From an uncultured virus (IMG/VR IMGVR_UViG_2061766007_000171) (lineage: Duplodnaviria > Heunggongvirae > Uroviricota > Caudoviricetes), in IMG/VR virus record IMGVR_UViG_2061766007_000171: a DNA stretch of 64,000 nt; one strand, 5' to 3'. Both the position numbers and the translations under genes were made by a program. Position 1 is the first letter of the stretch. Every line of letters begins with the position of its first letter. The notes beneath the pieces are model-generated. The model ran no database searches and had not been told where the DNA came from. It was given only the letters and a program-made list of their open reading frames with translations. This document shows positions 37,572 to 47,686 of the stretch, piece after piece.

Positions 37572-39416
37572 TCACCCATTATAGACTATATTGTTGATCA
37601 CCGATGTGTTCTGGGTCAAATCAGCTGGAGAGAGTATACCGAACCAATATTCGGTATATCCTTCTGGGAAATGATATTCCGCTGTCGATATTGTAAGTTT
37701 ATTGAGCATTTTGATTGATGCTCCGTTTACTTTAAAATTGGATCTATTGGATAACATAAGATCTTTTGAATAGTCGTTGATCCACGACACACGCGTTAAC
37801 ATTGGGAAATATGGCTGCCAATACCGCCTTTCCAAATCCGATTCGGGATCTTCCGGATCTGTTGGAGATGCATAATGTGTCTCTGCAAGTCTGAACCCGA
37901 TTGATTGCTCGGTATCACAATACCTTACATTGGTATTGTATGATATTGCTCCTGCATCCGCTGTACCCACCTCTGGAACATAATACTCTACTTTCTTTAC
38001 ACCGAATTTCGATCTGGATGCTGCAGTAACTTCATCAGCTTCGAAAGTAACCGTGCTGTTCCCACCATTACAAACAACAACCGTGTAATTCTTTAATGTG
38101 TCCGCTCCCTCATCACCAAGTTCTGTATCCCCACAAATCGATTGAGCAAAATCCCTATCAAATTCTGTGGGAGACTCGGGTAAGAACTCTGTCATATTCA
38201 AATTGAACGTATCAAAATCAGCAAAATCAAACCTGCTACTTTTTATGATACCGCTTGTCTCACTGGAGTCGATGGTGAAATCTACGATGTAGACCTTGCT
38301 ATCTGCGAACCAGATTTTGCACCCTAATCTCAATGCACATACTCCCAAAACATACCAAGCGTCTGCGTTTGCAGAAAAGGATGATGATTCAGTGTTCCAA
38401 ACATTGTTTGATGCTCTATAACAATAATATATATCAGGAGTATTGAAAAATATTCTTGCTCCCCTGACACCGAACTGGGATTGAGCGGTTAATATCCTAA
38501 AGATCATGTCCATGGGGGTCTTGTAAACTGTTCCGCTTGCAGAGCCGAATGACATCTCGGTTGCGATCGGTGACGCACGATATTGTTCATAGATGCTATA
38601 TGCAGTTATTTTGAAATTTTGACCAGAAGACGCCACCTTGGTAACAATGTATTGCCCTTTCCCTATCCCGTATACGTCGATTCTATTCTTACCGGCGATG
38701 ATATCATCCACCAGATCCGGTGCAACTGCTGTGAGATTCTTTTTGGATATATTCATCACCAATGAAGGGAAGGGCTGTTCTGGGCCACATTTAACACTAT
38801 ATGAGGATACACAGCCCGTAAGATCGCTCCCCCCATAATAAAGCACATAATATGCGCTGCCGTCTGATGACGTCATGGTGACCATGGAATCCTTTGTATA
38901 AACAGGATCTGTGTATCCCCTCAATGGGGCATCCACTGGGATTGATGGTTTGATCTTGGCAGTCATTGTTCCAATATCTACGCTTAAATTGATGTATGTT
39001 GTATCTCCATGCCCTTTATCAGACTTAAATGACAAGGATGAGAGATATACATTCTCATCTATTGGACGCTGCCCGGACGTTACTGGTGTAAACTGCAAAC
39101 GACACCCGTCTGTCTCTGCCTGCCATCTGTCTATGAACTCAGTAAATTTCTTTTCGAAATATGCGTTACTCCACTGTCTGCAATCTCTGGACAGATCATC
39201 TATCTGTGAAGGGTTATTTCTGACAATTGTAAAAGAGAGGGATGATGTTGCCCCAGTATCATATGCAAATGCCTGATCTGCCTTAAAAGTTACAATCGGC
39301 ACACGTGTAATCGACACAGAGACCTGATCTTCTGCTGAAGGGACACACTCACATATGATCGGGTCAATATATCTTGCAGAACCGGATATTGTTAATGTTA
39401 ATGTCCCTTCAAACAT
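37572..39416 (-). CDS. tail tip hub protein with N-terminal Dit-like domain
   Basis: 614 aa, second gene after the TMP; N-terminal domain paralogous to the middle of 39420..43031. Confidence 0.55.
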   Translation of the reverse strand: MFEGTLTLTISGSARYIDPIICECVPSAEDQVSVSITRVPIVTFKADQAFAYDTGATSSLSFTIVRNNPSQIDDLSRDCRQWSNAYFEKKFTEFIDRWQAETDGCRLQFTPVTSGQRPIDENVYLSSLSFKSDKGHGDTTYINLSVDIGTMTAKIKPSIPVDAPLRGYTDPVYTKDSMVTMTSSDGSAYYVLYYGGSDLTGCVSSYSVKCGPEQPFPSLVMNISKKNLTAVAPDLVDDIIAGKNRIDVYGIGKGQYIVTKVASSGQNFKITAYSIYEQYRASPIATEMSFGSASGTVYKTPMDMIFRILTAQSQFGVRGARIFFNTPDIYYCYRASNNVWNTESSSFSANADAWYVLGVCALRLGCKIWFADSKVYIVDFTIDSSETSGIIKSSRFDFADFDTFNLNMTEFLPESPTEFDRDFAQSICGDTELGDEGADTLKNYTVVVCNGGNSTVTFEADEVTAASRSKFGVKKVEYYVPEVGTADAGAISYNTNVRYCDTEQSIGFRLAETHYASPTDPEDPESDLERRYWQPYFPMLTRVSWINDYSKDLMLSNRSNFKVNGASIKMLNKLTISTAEYHFPEGYTEYWFGILSPADLTQNTSVINNIVYNG

Positions 39417-39419
39417 GTT

Positions 39420-42400
39420 TCAACTCCATGTCGCATTTGTTATCGTACCACCTACTACATACACCAATATATATCCGCGTCCGCCCGCGCCGCCGTTTCC
39501 TGGAGTCTCCTGAGGGAACGTTGAAGATACGTTAAGACTGCACCCTCCGCCGCCTCCGCCACGACTGTGTGTCGCTGTCGCTCCGTTAATACCGCCAATT
39601 GTGTCGTTCGTGGTCTTTCCAACATACCCCCCATCACCTGCCTGGAATATAGTGTCTGATGCGAACATCCCTATATTATCTGCACCCGCGCCTCCACCTG
39701 CTCCTGATGAGAATACCCTATTGTCTGATGTCACATAACCGCCGATATTTCTCGCATCACTCGTAGCTCTTCCATACGCCACACTCCCTCCGCCATTATT
39801 TCCACCAGATGTATCTCCGTCAAACGCATATCCATCATTTATCAGATGATATGCTGCAGTACCGCTCGATCCGCCTGCATGATAACCTTGTCCCCCAGCA
39901 GACATGAATGTGCTATTGCCGGTGTCATACGCGTCTGATGCACCTGCTCCTCCTGAAGCATATGCCAATTGACGTTCTGCAGTATAGAATGTTGAGGGAG
40001 CTCCGTTTCCTCCAGCAGCAGAACCATTATATTTTACGCCTGTACCCCCGACTCCCCCGTGACCAAGGGTGAAATAATATGTTGTATCTTCATATATATG
40101 CCAGGAATTAGGTCCCACATTCTCTGAAACATCACCGGATCCTCCGCCGCCTCCGGCAGTATACAAATAAGAATGGTGCGATACTGGAAGGAATCCTGTA
40201 GATGTAGTGACAAGACTATGAACTTTCTTTGCACCTGCTCCGCCGCCGCCTCCTCCCGCTAATATTGCATTGACTTCAGCGTGAGACTGCCCCTGTGAAA
40301 TACTAACCGTAAACGAACCGTATATCGATGACGTCTGCGTTGCATTGATGTCATTACCAGAAACAAGTAATGAATTGGTCGCGTCGATGTTAACGCATAC
40401 AGAGAGGGCTTCAATACTATATGATGTCAGATCTCTGACGAACACGACCTCTCCCGGGGCATATATTGCTCCCTGCGGGTAATCTTCTGTAATAACGTTC
40501 CACCCTTGGAAGAAATAAACTTTCGTCGGAAGGAGTGTTGATGGATCGTATTCGATTATACTGGTTTGCCATGGATCGTATTCAGGCAATCTTATTATCC
40601 CATCTGCAGGGTATGATATCTCTTTTGGTATTGCTCCGCTCCATTTATCAGCATATTCCCCTCCGATTGAGTATGTCACCGCGATCATTGCAGGGGTCTC
40701 TCTCATCGGATATAATGTACCCAAATACAATTCCAATGAACCAGATATTGCGTGCGATCCTAAGTCAGAATATGATACTGGTGCATCTGCAATGTAGCAG
40801 TTGGTGCAGATCATTTCCATCATTGATGCAGGTTGTGCCCTTTCAGAAGATTGGGCGGGGTTTAAGAGGTATAGCTTCTGTCCATTCGTCCTCAATTGCC
40901 ATCTGTTGACCATATCTCTTAGATATTGCAGCCAATCTGCATTAGACCAAAGCCTGCTATCCCCTGTTTGAGTCGCAGGTGTAGGGTTTGCCGGTTCAAC
41001 CCTTACATATTTGATCGACACCGATGCTGTTGTTCCGAGATCCATCACATATGAACGCCTATATCCAAAACAAACGATCGGAATGACTGTGTTGCTGGCA
41101 CGATATGATTTCGAAACTGATTGAATTTCGCTAACATCCAATGGCAAAAATCCAGGGGCACATAATACTGCGCGAGGCTTGTCATCTTCTCTGATCGGCA
41201 GCCAACTTGGATAGAACACTCTAAAATATGTTCTGTCTTCTCCTGCCCTCGATAGCGTCATTGTTTCATATGTGGTAGTTATCGGTGTATATGGGGCAGA
41301 CGATGACCAACGGGGCGTATTGTCATCTGTATACAACAATGGGGCGATTCCAGGCGGATATGTGAGCTGGTTATCCGCAGGGGTCTTTACTTTGACCAAT
41401 ATGCTCAATTCGGTTGACGCATAAGACCAGATGTATGCCCCCTCATGCTCAGTGATGGTACCTATCTCGTTCCCATTATCGTCATCCACCCGAAAATACT
41501 GATCAATACTTGTAGCGTTATCTGGATTTAAGATCGATCCGGGACTTAATACGAATATCATCGTATACGCTGCATACCCTTTCCAGTGTGCATACACATA
41601 TGAATCCTGTGTAAATTGATGTGAGAGATCGAACGGAATCGGTATGATATCTGGGTCTTGTGGTGTAAGAAACCATCCATCGAAACTTTGCCCTTGTATC
41701 CCTGCTGGGTCTGGAGGATATTCGGAAAGATACCCATCCAAATCAGCACGCATCACCATATACGGGTGCTGTTCATCATATTCTATGAAGGAAACAAGTA
41801 TGTCCCCCACATATGTGAATCTTGTCCAGTTGGTATCATACTGTCCTGTATAATCAGAAAGTGGAAGGTTTCCTGCCCAATTATTTGGAGAAATTACCGA
41901 CACATTTGCATAAATTGTTTCAGTAAAACCCTCTTCGACAGGGTTTCCATGTATATCTACCGATGGTAAGTGTGTCACTTGTGTTCCAAAACTAAATGCA
42001 GAATCGGCAATATCTTGTGGTGGAGACGTGCCTTTAAAAATCAAGGTCAAATTCCTATACCACACTACATCGGGCGATGGTATATGATATTCGCTATGTA
42101 GGCTAAATACTGGTCTGTTCGCCCCTCCTCTTGTATTAAACCCAATTGATTGAAGGCCTGCCCCTAATATGATCTCTTCCAAATTATTACAGTACTCAAA
42201 TGCACCTGTACATATGGTTGTCACTGTATCTGGTATCTCGATCCGAATGAGGCCTAAACAATTTCCAAATGCCGATTCACATATCGTAGTCAGCGTTGAT
42301 GGGAACACTATGCTCTCCAGATTCTCACAATGGCTGAAAAACCCATATGGTATCTCAGTGCAACCTTCTTCAAATGTTACTCTTCTTAAACCGGTCGTAT

Positions 42401-43031
42401 ACGCAAATGCCTCTTCTCCTGTTGAAATCCCTGCTGGGATGGTCAATTCGGAAATGTTTTGTGTATATCCAAAAATGGTCTTCCCCAATGATATGGGTAC
42501 ATTTCTATGTTCAAAAACTACCTCTGTTATGGCAGTGCTGCTAAATGCAGACCGACCGATCGATGTCCAATTCGATGGTATGTTAAGAATTCCCCTTAAC
42601 CCTGTTCCACTAAACGCCTGAGGGCCAATGACTTGCACCGATTGAGGGAATGTTATAGCTGATACATTTGGTAAACTGGAAAACGCGTCACGGCCGATTT
42701 TTATCAAAGTGGATGGAAGGGATATAGACGTTACATTGCCTATGGAAGTAAGGGTAGGGTGTCCACCGAATTGATCGTCCACACCTATACCTGAGTCAGT
42801 GCCATCTATTGCAAAGACCTTGCCTATCTCTGTAATCCCTTCCCCTATAACGATAGTTCTGGGTTTATATATTGAATAATCAAACTCAGAGTGTGTACTG
42901 CTCGATGTAACTACCCAATATCCAAGCCAAATCGAATACAGAGCACCGGTTCCTGTTGCACTGAGGACACCTGTATCTTCATTGAATGAATATGTGATCC
43001 CGTCTTCACCCACTATAGTCTGTACAGCCAT
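39420..43031 (-). CDS. multidomain tail protein: BspA-type LRRs, InlB-B/Flg_new-like repeat, Dit-like domain, Gly-rich domain
   Basis: Repeats of I.LP.TL..IG..AF..C..L; P.DP....G.SFDGW...F......TQD..VYAHW; GGGGGGAG-rich C-terminus. Confidence 0.75.
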   Translation of the reverse strand: MAVQTIVGEDGITYSFNEDTGVLSATGTGALYSIWLGYWVVTSSSTHSEFDYSIYKPRTIVIGEGITEIGKVFAIDGTDSGIGVDDQFGGHPTLTSIGNVTSISLPSTLIKIGRDAFSSLPNVSAITFPQSVQVIGPQAFSGTGLRGILNIPSNWTSIGRSAFSSTAITEVVFEHRNVPISLGKTIFGYTQNISELTIPAGISTGEEAFAYTTGLRRVTFEEGCTEIPYGFFSHCENLESIVFPSTLTTICESAFGNCLGLIRIEIPDTVTTICTGAFEYCNNLEEIILGAGLQSIGFNTRGGANRPVFSLHSEYHIPSPDVVWYRNLTLIFKGTSPPQDIADSAFSFGTQVTHLPSVDIHGNPVEEGFTETIYANVSVISPNNWAGNLPLSDYTGQYDTNWTRFTYVGDILVSFIEYDEQHPYMVMRADLDGYLSEYPPDPAGIQGQSFDGWFLTPQDPDIIPIPFDLSHQFTQDSYVYAHWKGYAAYTMIFVLSPGSILNPDNATSIDQYFRVDDDNGNEIGTITEHEGAYIWSYASTELSILVKVKTPADNQLTYPPGIAPLLYTDDNTPRWSSSAPYTPITTTYETMTLSRAGEDRTYFRVFYPSWLPIREDDKPRAVLCAPGFLPLDVSEIQSVSKSYRASNTVIPIVCFGYRRSYVMDLGTTASVSIKYVRVEPANPTPATQTGDSRLWSNADWLQYLRDMVNRWQLRTNGQKLYLLNPAQSSERAQPASMMEMICTNCYIADAPVSYSDLGSHAISGSLELYLGTLYPMRETPAMIAVTYSIGGEYADKWSGAIPKEISYPADGIIRLPEYDPWQTSIIEYDPSTLLPTKVYFFQGWNVITEDYPQGAIYAPGEVVFVRDLTSYSIEALSVCVNIDATNSLLVSGNDINATQTSSIYGSFTVSISQGQSHAEVNAILAGGGGGGAGAKKVHSLVTTSTGFLPVSHHSYLYTAGGGGGSGDVSENVGPNSWHIYEDTTYYFTLGHGGVGGTGVKYNGSAAGGNGAPSTFYTAERQLAYASGGAGASDAYDTGNSTFMSAGGQGYHAGGSSGTAAYHLINDGYAFDGDTSGGNNGGGSVAYGRATSDARNIGGYVTSDNRVFSSGAGGGAGADNIGMFASDTIFQAGDGGYVGKTTNDTIGGINGATATHSRGGGGGGCSLNVSSTFPQETPGNGGAGGRGYILVYVVGGTITNATWS

Positions 43032-43046
43032 CTTGTCCCCCCATGC

Positions 43047-44129
43047 TCAATATCTGCTGTATAACTTAGAATTGTTCGACTGTTCGTTCACAATATCCAC
43101 AACTTGCTTCTTGAAATTAGCATCCGTTATCCCATTGAAATTATTGGTGACATTATATGTCTTCACATTATTTGATGAATACCCTGATAATCCAGATGAG
43201 GCCGTCTCATCTGTTGATGTTCCAGCCATCGCTGTATCAAGATAATTGTGTGTCATAGTACCTGCGGCATATCCCACACCAACAGATCCGACCACTGCTA
43301 ACCCAGCCCCAATTTTACCTGCTGCTGTATTTGATGTGGCAATCACTGCCATCGTCATCAACTGATTGTATAATGAAGCTGCTTTAAACGCAACTATGAG
43401 TGAGATCAATTCTTTGAAGTGAGAGAGTATGAAGTTCACTAACCCTAAGACCGAAGACAGGATCGTGAATACAGCACCGCTTTGAAGTGTTGTGCCGATC
43501 ATCTTTAGAATCGATGAGATCGATCCGAATATTGTCCCCTCATTTTCAAGCTGTTTACCCAGGTCAAGGAAATATCCCCCGAGGATCTGGGCTCCGTCCT
43601 TAAGCATGATCTCAAGTATCTGTCCTAGAGACTTGCCTTCAAATGATGCCCACATATCCGTAACGCGCTGCACCAAATCAATCACAGCGGGGATCATTGT
43701 TTCAGCCAAAAGATTGCCTAATGGCATGAAGAACAATTGCATGGCAAGATTGAATAAAGATTCAATCGTACGGAGAAGTGGCGATGCAGATACGAGACGT
43801 TGATGGATATCTTCTATAAGTCCTACTGTTTTTTTAAGGATACTTATACCTTCGTTGGATATGCTATCCTCTGCGGATGATATCTTGTTCATTGCTTGGA
43901 CTGTAGCCTTTGCTGCGCCTGCGGCATTCGCATCACGTGAAACAATGGCTTTCGCCTTATCGATCATCTCTGCAGTTTTAGTGATGACTTGATCAGACAC
44001 GATACTCTTGGCTACTGCAGTTGCGATCTTGTTGGCATATTCTTCAATTTCTTCTTTGATCGCTTTGATCTGAGGCTCGAGAATGAGCTTCATTGCATAT
44101 GTGATCTTGCCAAGGTTATCATTTGCCAT
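43047..44129 (-). CDS. tape measure protein (short, 360 aa)
   Basis: Directly after the frameshifted chaperone; helical A/I/L-rich; ends ...NVTNNFNG... Confidence 0.6.
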   Translation of the reverse strand: MANDNLGKITYAMKLILEPQIKAIKEEIEEYANKIATAVAKSIVSDQVITKTAEMIDKAKAIVSRDANAAGAAKATVQAMNKISSAEDSISNEGISILKKTVGLIEDIHQRLVSASPLLRTIESLFNLAMQLFFMPLGNLLAETMIPAVIDLVQRVTDMWASFEGKSLGQILEIMLKDGAQILGGYFLDLGKQLENEGTIFGSISSILKMIGTTLQSGAVFTILSSVLGLVNFILSHFKELISLIVAFKAASLYNQLMTMAVIATSNTAAGKIGAGLAVVGSVGVGYAAGTMTHNYLDTAMAGTSTDETASSGLSGYSSNNVKTYNVTNNFNGITDANFKKQVVDIVNEQSNNSKLYSRY

Positions 44130-44133
44130 TACT

Positions 44134-44747
44134 TCACCCGATTGCCTTGATGATACTTATCAGTCCTTCCATCATTTCCTTCAAATCATACTTTTTTAAC
44201 GCCATATGTGTAGTATAGATCAATTGCACTTCATCTGGCGTCATCTTATCCCAATTGTCCGGGTCCCCCCCATTCATGAGATATATCCCTCTTGCAAGCA
44301 ATCTGATCGTTGGAGGAGTATGGAAATCCCCTCTTGCGACCTGCTCTGCAAAGACATTTACTCCGATCTCCCTGTCACCGCTCCCGGTGACTTCGCAAAA
44401 GGGGATTTGTGCCCCTCTTCGATCTCACTCATAGCTGCGGCCATCTTGTCTACCAGATCATCGGCCGCTCCCGCACAGCTCTTATCTACGGTATCAAGGA
44501 AATCGAGCAAAGACTCGTATCCATTTATCTTTACGGGTGCGGACTCGATATAGAACGACATCTTCTCGAAGGTTGCAAAATAAGCAGACTCGAAATCGAC
44601 TTGCTTCTCATCCCCCTGGATTTTAACAGACATCCCCATAGATCTTGCCTGCGCAATCTGTGCCTTCTTGAATCCAGGGTATGCCAGGATCACTTCGCCT
44701 TCCATCCCGTAATCTGTTAACGGTATCACAACTCTGTCTGTTGTCAT
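44134..44747 (-). CDS. tail assembly chaperone, -1 frameshift product (gpGT-like, about 204 aa)
   Basis: The -1 frame is open from the slippery site to TGA 44134-44136, 4 nt before the TMP ATG; contains WDKMTPDEVQLI. Confidence 0.8.
44358..44747 (-). CDS. tail assembly chaperone (gpG-like, 129 aa)
   Basis: Lies between tail tube and TMP. Confidence 0.75.
   Translation of the reverse strand: MTTDRVVIPLTDYGMEGEVILAYPGFKKAQIAQARSMGMSVKIQGDEKQVDFESAYFATFEKMSFYIESAPVKINGYESLLDFLDTVDKSCAGAADDLVDKMAAAMSEIEEGHKSPFAKSPGAVTGRSE
44374..44403 (-). promoter_or_regulatory. -1 ribosomal frameshift signal: C CCT TTT, 5-nt spacer, GTCACCG-GGAG-CGGTGAC hairpin
   Basis: X XXY YYZ heptamer in the correct phase (44403-44397); perfect 7-bp stem at 44374-44391. 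Confidence 0.85.
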
Positions 44748-44783
44748 ATAGTTTCCTCACCCATATATCCGTCTGATATTAGA

Positions 44784-46298
44784 TTAAGGTTGTGAATGGG
44801 GGGTGTATACCGTATAGTACTTGAACTCTCCTGCTGTGGACACTGTCGTTGTTGTCTGCCCATCGGCTGTTGCAATATCGCAGGTCGACCCCATCTGTGT
44901 CGATGTTAATCCTGCAAGATCGTATCCAGTCGGTACCAAGATCTCGACTGTGTGGTTCGGAACCAATGTCGTATTGCTGCTTGTGAAGGTGACATGAGAT
45001 TCATCATCCACACTTACGGTGATATTCACATTGTCATAAACAGTGTAGCTTTCAAGCAGCGTAGTTCCGTCATTACAATAGATATTGAACACCTTTGCAT
45101 CAGCAAATGTGGGTGATGCACATGCATGTGTCCATACATTGGGACTTTTATTGACGATTCTTAACCTGATCTCATCACACTCCACGCTTGAGAGGGAATC
45201 CATCATCTTGCTACCATCACCCTTCTGCCAGGTCATCGACTTGACGGTTGAGTTCTTAGCACATGCAACAAAACTGTGATCCGATGCTTGGATCGCTTCC
45301 TTGTATGTATCGATCGTGGATCCTGCAGGTTGATCCCTTAGTGATGTGGAGTATGTCGCCCAGGTCGCATATGTCATAGGTTTGAGCCCTTTACCAAGCG
45401 GCTGCAGAACAGGCCAATCACTGCCTTTATATCCTCCGCTGTTGGGACGGAGTTTGAACTTCTTCGCCGGATCGTTGGAGTATGTCTGTGCATTCCATGA
45501 TACGTTTGTCTGCCCCTCATAATACTGTTTGGCGATCGGTGTACATGTGTTGTACACAAGATTTGCATTGTTATCGATGCTGAATGAGTGACTATCCACA
45601 TCACCGACATAATCATCGTCTGTGATTCCATCCATGAACATACAACTGTACTGCGCCAGCCCATCCATTGTTGTTGACATGTCATAATCCGTAGCATCAA
45701 GTGAACCAAGTTCTGTCTTCTGATCAGAATAGACACCTGAGATCTCAATATTCATCTGACTGCCTGACGCTGAACGGGTGACATTGAATGATTTTGCCAC
45801 ACAACCTTTGAGTGTTGTGATCTCATCACTGCCTATGCTACCGCCGGCCATCTCGTTGAGGATCTTCTCACGAATGACGAAACTTTTGACTCTCTTGGAG
45901 TTGTCCTTTCTGAAAAATCTGAGTGTAGATCCAGAAGGATATGATGTTCCAGATGTAGTCCCTAATTGTGTAAAGGGATCGAACGCGTCATTGGTAACGT
46001 CAGCAGTGGCTGTCATCTCAAAGATCATTGTCAAAGGTTCAAGATAGTTGTAATCAAATGGGAATGAGATGTTCCATGTTCCTGAGAATGACCCATATAC
46101 CGCACCAGCCCTTCTCTTACTTCCAGTGGTATACACAGACTGCGCCTGTCTCGCCCCTGTGTGTGATATGAATGTTCCAGGGGGGAACTGACAATAGGGT
46201 TTATCTTGAGTCAGTCCATCTGCATGTGCATAATCAGGTTCTCCGCTTCCAAACGTGGTCTCTGGTGCAAATACGACTGATTTTCTAATAGCTGTCAT
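44784..46298 (-). CDS. major tail (tube) protein with C-terminal extension
   Basis: N-terminal FAPETTFG; FSIDNN strand; position before chaperone and TMP. Confidence 0.7.
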   Translation of the reverse strand: MTAIRKSVVFAPETTFGSGEPDYAHADGLTQDKPYCQFPPGTFISHTGARQAQSVYTTGSKRRAGAVYGSFSGTWNISFPFDYNYLEPLTMIFEMTATADVTNDAFDPFTQLGTTSGTSYPSGSTLRFFRKDNSKRVKSFVIREKILNEMAGGSIGSDEITTLKGCVAKSFNVTRSASGSQMNIEISGVYSDQKTELGSLDATDYDMSTTMDGLAQYSCMFMDGITDDDYVGDVDSHSFSIDNNANLVYNTCTPIAKQYYEGQTNVSWNAQTYSNDPAKKFKLRPNSGGYKGSDWPVLQPLGKGLKPMTYATWATYSTSLRDQPAGSTIDTYKEAIQASDHSFVACAKNSTVKSMTWQKGDGSKMMDSLSSVECDEIRLRIVNKSPNVWTHACASPTFADAKVFNIYCNDGTTLLESYTVYDNVNITVSVDDESHVTFTSSNTTLVPNHTVEILVPTGYDLAGLTSTQMGSTCDIATADGQTTTTVSTAGEFKYYTVYTPHSQP

Positions 46299-46304
46299 GT
46301 CTCA

Positions 46305-46835
46305 TCAATCTCCATTTGTCTTTATAAACGATTCATTGATCTCCCTGCCGAATCCGGGCGATCTGACTCTGAAACAATATGATATAAGCTTGATATCTAT
46401 GGTCGCCGAATACCAACCTGTGGCGCTGTTATCGATATGATCGTTGATGGCTTCCATATATGTGTAGTGGTTGAGATATTGTGGCCCCGCACGACGATTG
46501 GCCATGATGATACGATAGACCTCGTCCATGAATAAATATAGTTTATCTCTCGATCTGGTCGAGATGCGGATACCGATGAATGAATTCCTCTGAAGCGTTC
46601 TGTAATCTGTCGAAGATATTGAGTTATATCTCGAGACTTGATACACATAGATGTATGCTGGCATAGCATACGCCATCGTTGCTTCCGGCACGAAATCGAT
46701 GACTGGGGTGTCGTACGGTGGCAACGACCAGTCCTCCTTTAAGATCTTGGCTATACATGCTACATCATCCGATGCCAGCACTGATTCCTTCATAGGGAGG
46801 CCATCACACAGGTCGTCATACATGTCATCAGACAA
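46305..46835 (-). CDS. tail terminator-like protein
   Basis: Size, position and ...LMDEVYRII... alpha/beta pattern. Confidence 0.55.
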   Translation of the reverse strand: MSDDMYDDLCDGLPMKESVLASDDVACIAKILKEDWSLPPYDTPVIDFVPEATMAYAMPAYIYVYQVSRYNSISSTDYRTLQRNSFIGIRISTRSRDKLYLFMDEVYRIIMANRRAGPQYLNHYTYMEAINDHIDNSATGWYSATIDIKLISYCFRVRSPGFGREINESFIKTNGD

Positions 46836-46839
46836 AACA

Positions 46840-47592
46840 TCACCTCGTGATCATACTGTAGACTGAACTGGGGCGCTGGAGGCTTGAGAACAGATTTCCT
46901 GCTTCTTCCTTCATCTCTTTGATCATAGAATCTTTAAGACCGTTGATGTCACCACCCATGCCGACTTTGATTGCCCAGAACTGTGTGGTCAAGATCTGTA
47001 TCGCAGTCATCAATGTACATAGCCTTTCTACTTCGGTAGGGATTGTATATTCTCCAGTCTCACTGTCTGCTTCCTGTCCGTAGCGGTATGATATCCTTAC
47101 AGCAGAATATCTGGGATTCATGAAATACAGACGAAGGATCAAGACACCGCCTGTGTAGTCGAAATAGAATGTATTCGGCGCCATGTTGGTGGTCAGATAT
47201 CCATTTGATATATCCACCCATTCATTGTTGAACTGTCTGACTTCCAATTTATCTCCCTTCTCGGGGTCCCAAGGGAGTATGTCTCTGCGGAGGTGTATCC
47301 TGTATCCTCCATAGAGGTAATAATCTGCACGCCAAGAATTCTCATCGTGCTGGAACCTCCCGACATCCAGCATCTGGTCCTTTACCCTGTTCTCCTTCCA
47401 CGATCTTTTGAGCCTGAGATCGATCTGTCTCTCATTCGAAGCAATGAATCTGCACACCTGATTGTATGTGGGCATACTTACGTTAGTAAATTGATATGTG
47501 GTCATGGGGTTGCGAGGGTCGGGAAGAGATAATGCCTCCGCTACCAGTTCAGGGGTGGTATATACGGGGGTAGGGACGTCTGAGCTCATCAC
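46840..47592 (-). CDS. head-tail adaptor/connector
   Basis: YTTPELV...IASNERQID...VRISYRYG...IPTEVERLC. Confidence 0.7.
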   Translation of the reverse strand: MMSSDVPTPVYTTPELVAEALSLPDPRNPMTTYQFTNVSMPTYNQVCRFIASNERQIDLRLKRSWKENRVKDQMLDVGRFQHDENSWRADYYLYGGYRIHLRRDILPWDPEKGDKLEVRQFNNEWVDISNGYLTTNMAPNTFYFDYTGGVLILRLYFMNPRYSAVRISYRYGQEADSETGEYTIPTEVERLCTLMTAIQILTTQFWAIKVGMGGDINGLKDSMIKEMKEEAGNLFSSLQRPSSVYSMITR

Positions 47593-47686
47593 TCTGTCTA
47601 TCGCGACATCAATTTATAAAGTTAAGGAAAAGACGGGGCAAATGTCACCAGGATGCCCCAAGGGAGGGGGCCCCATCCCTTCCGTA

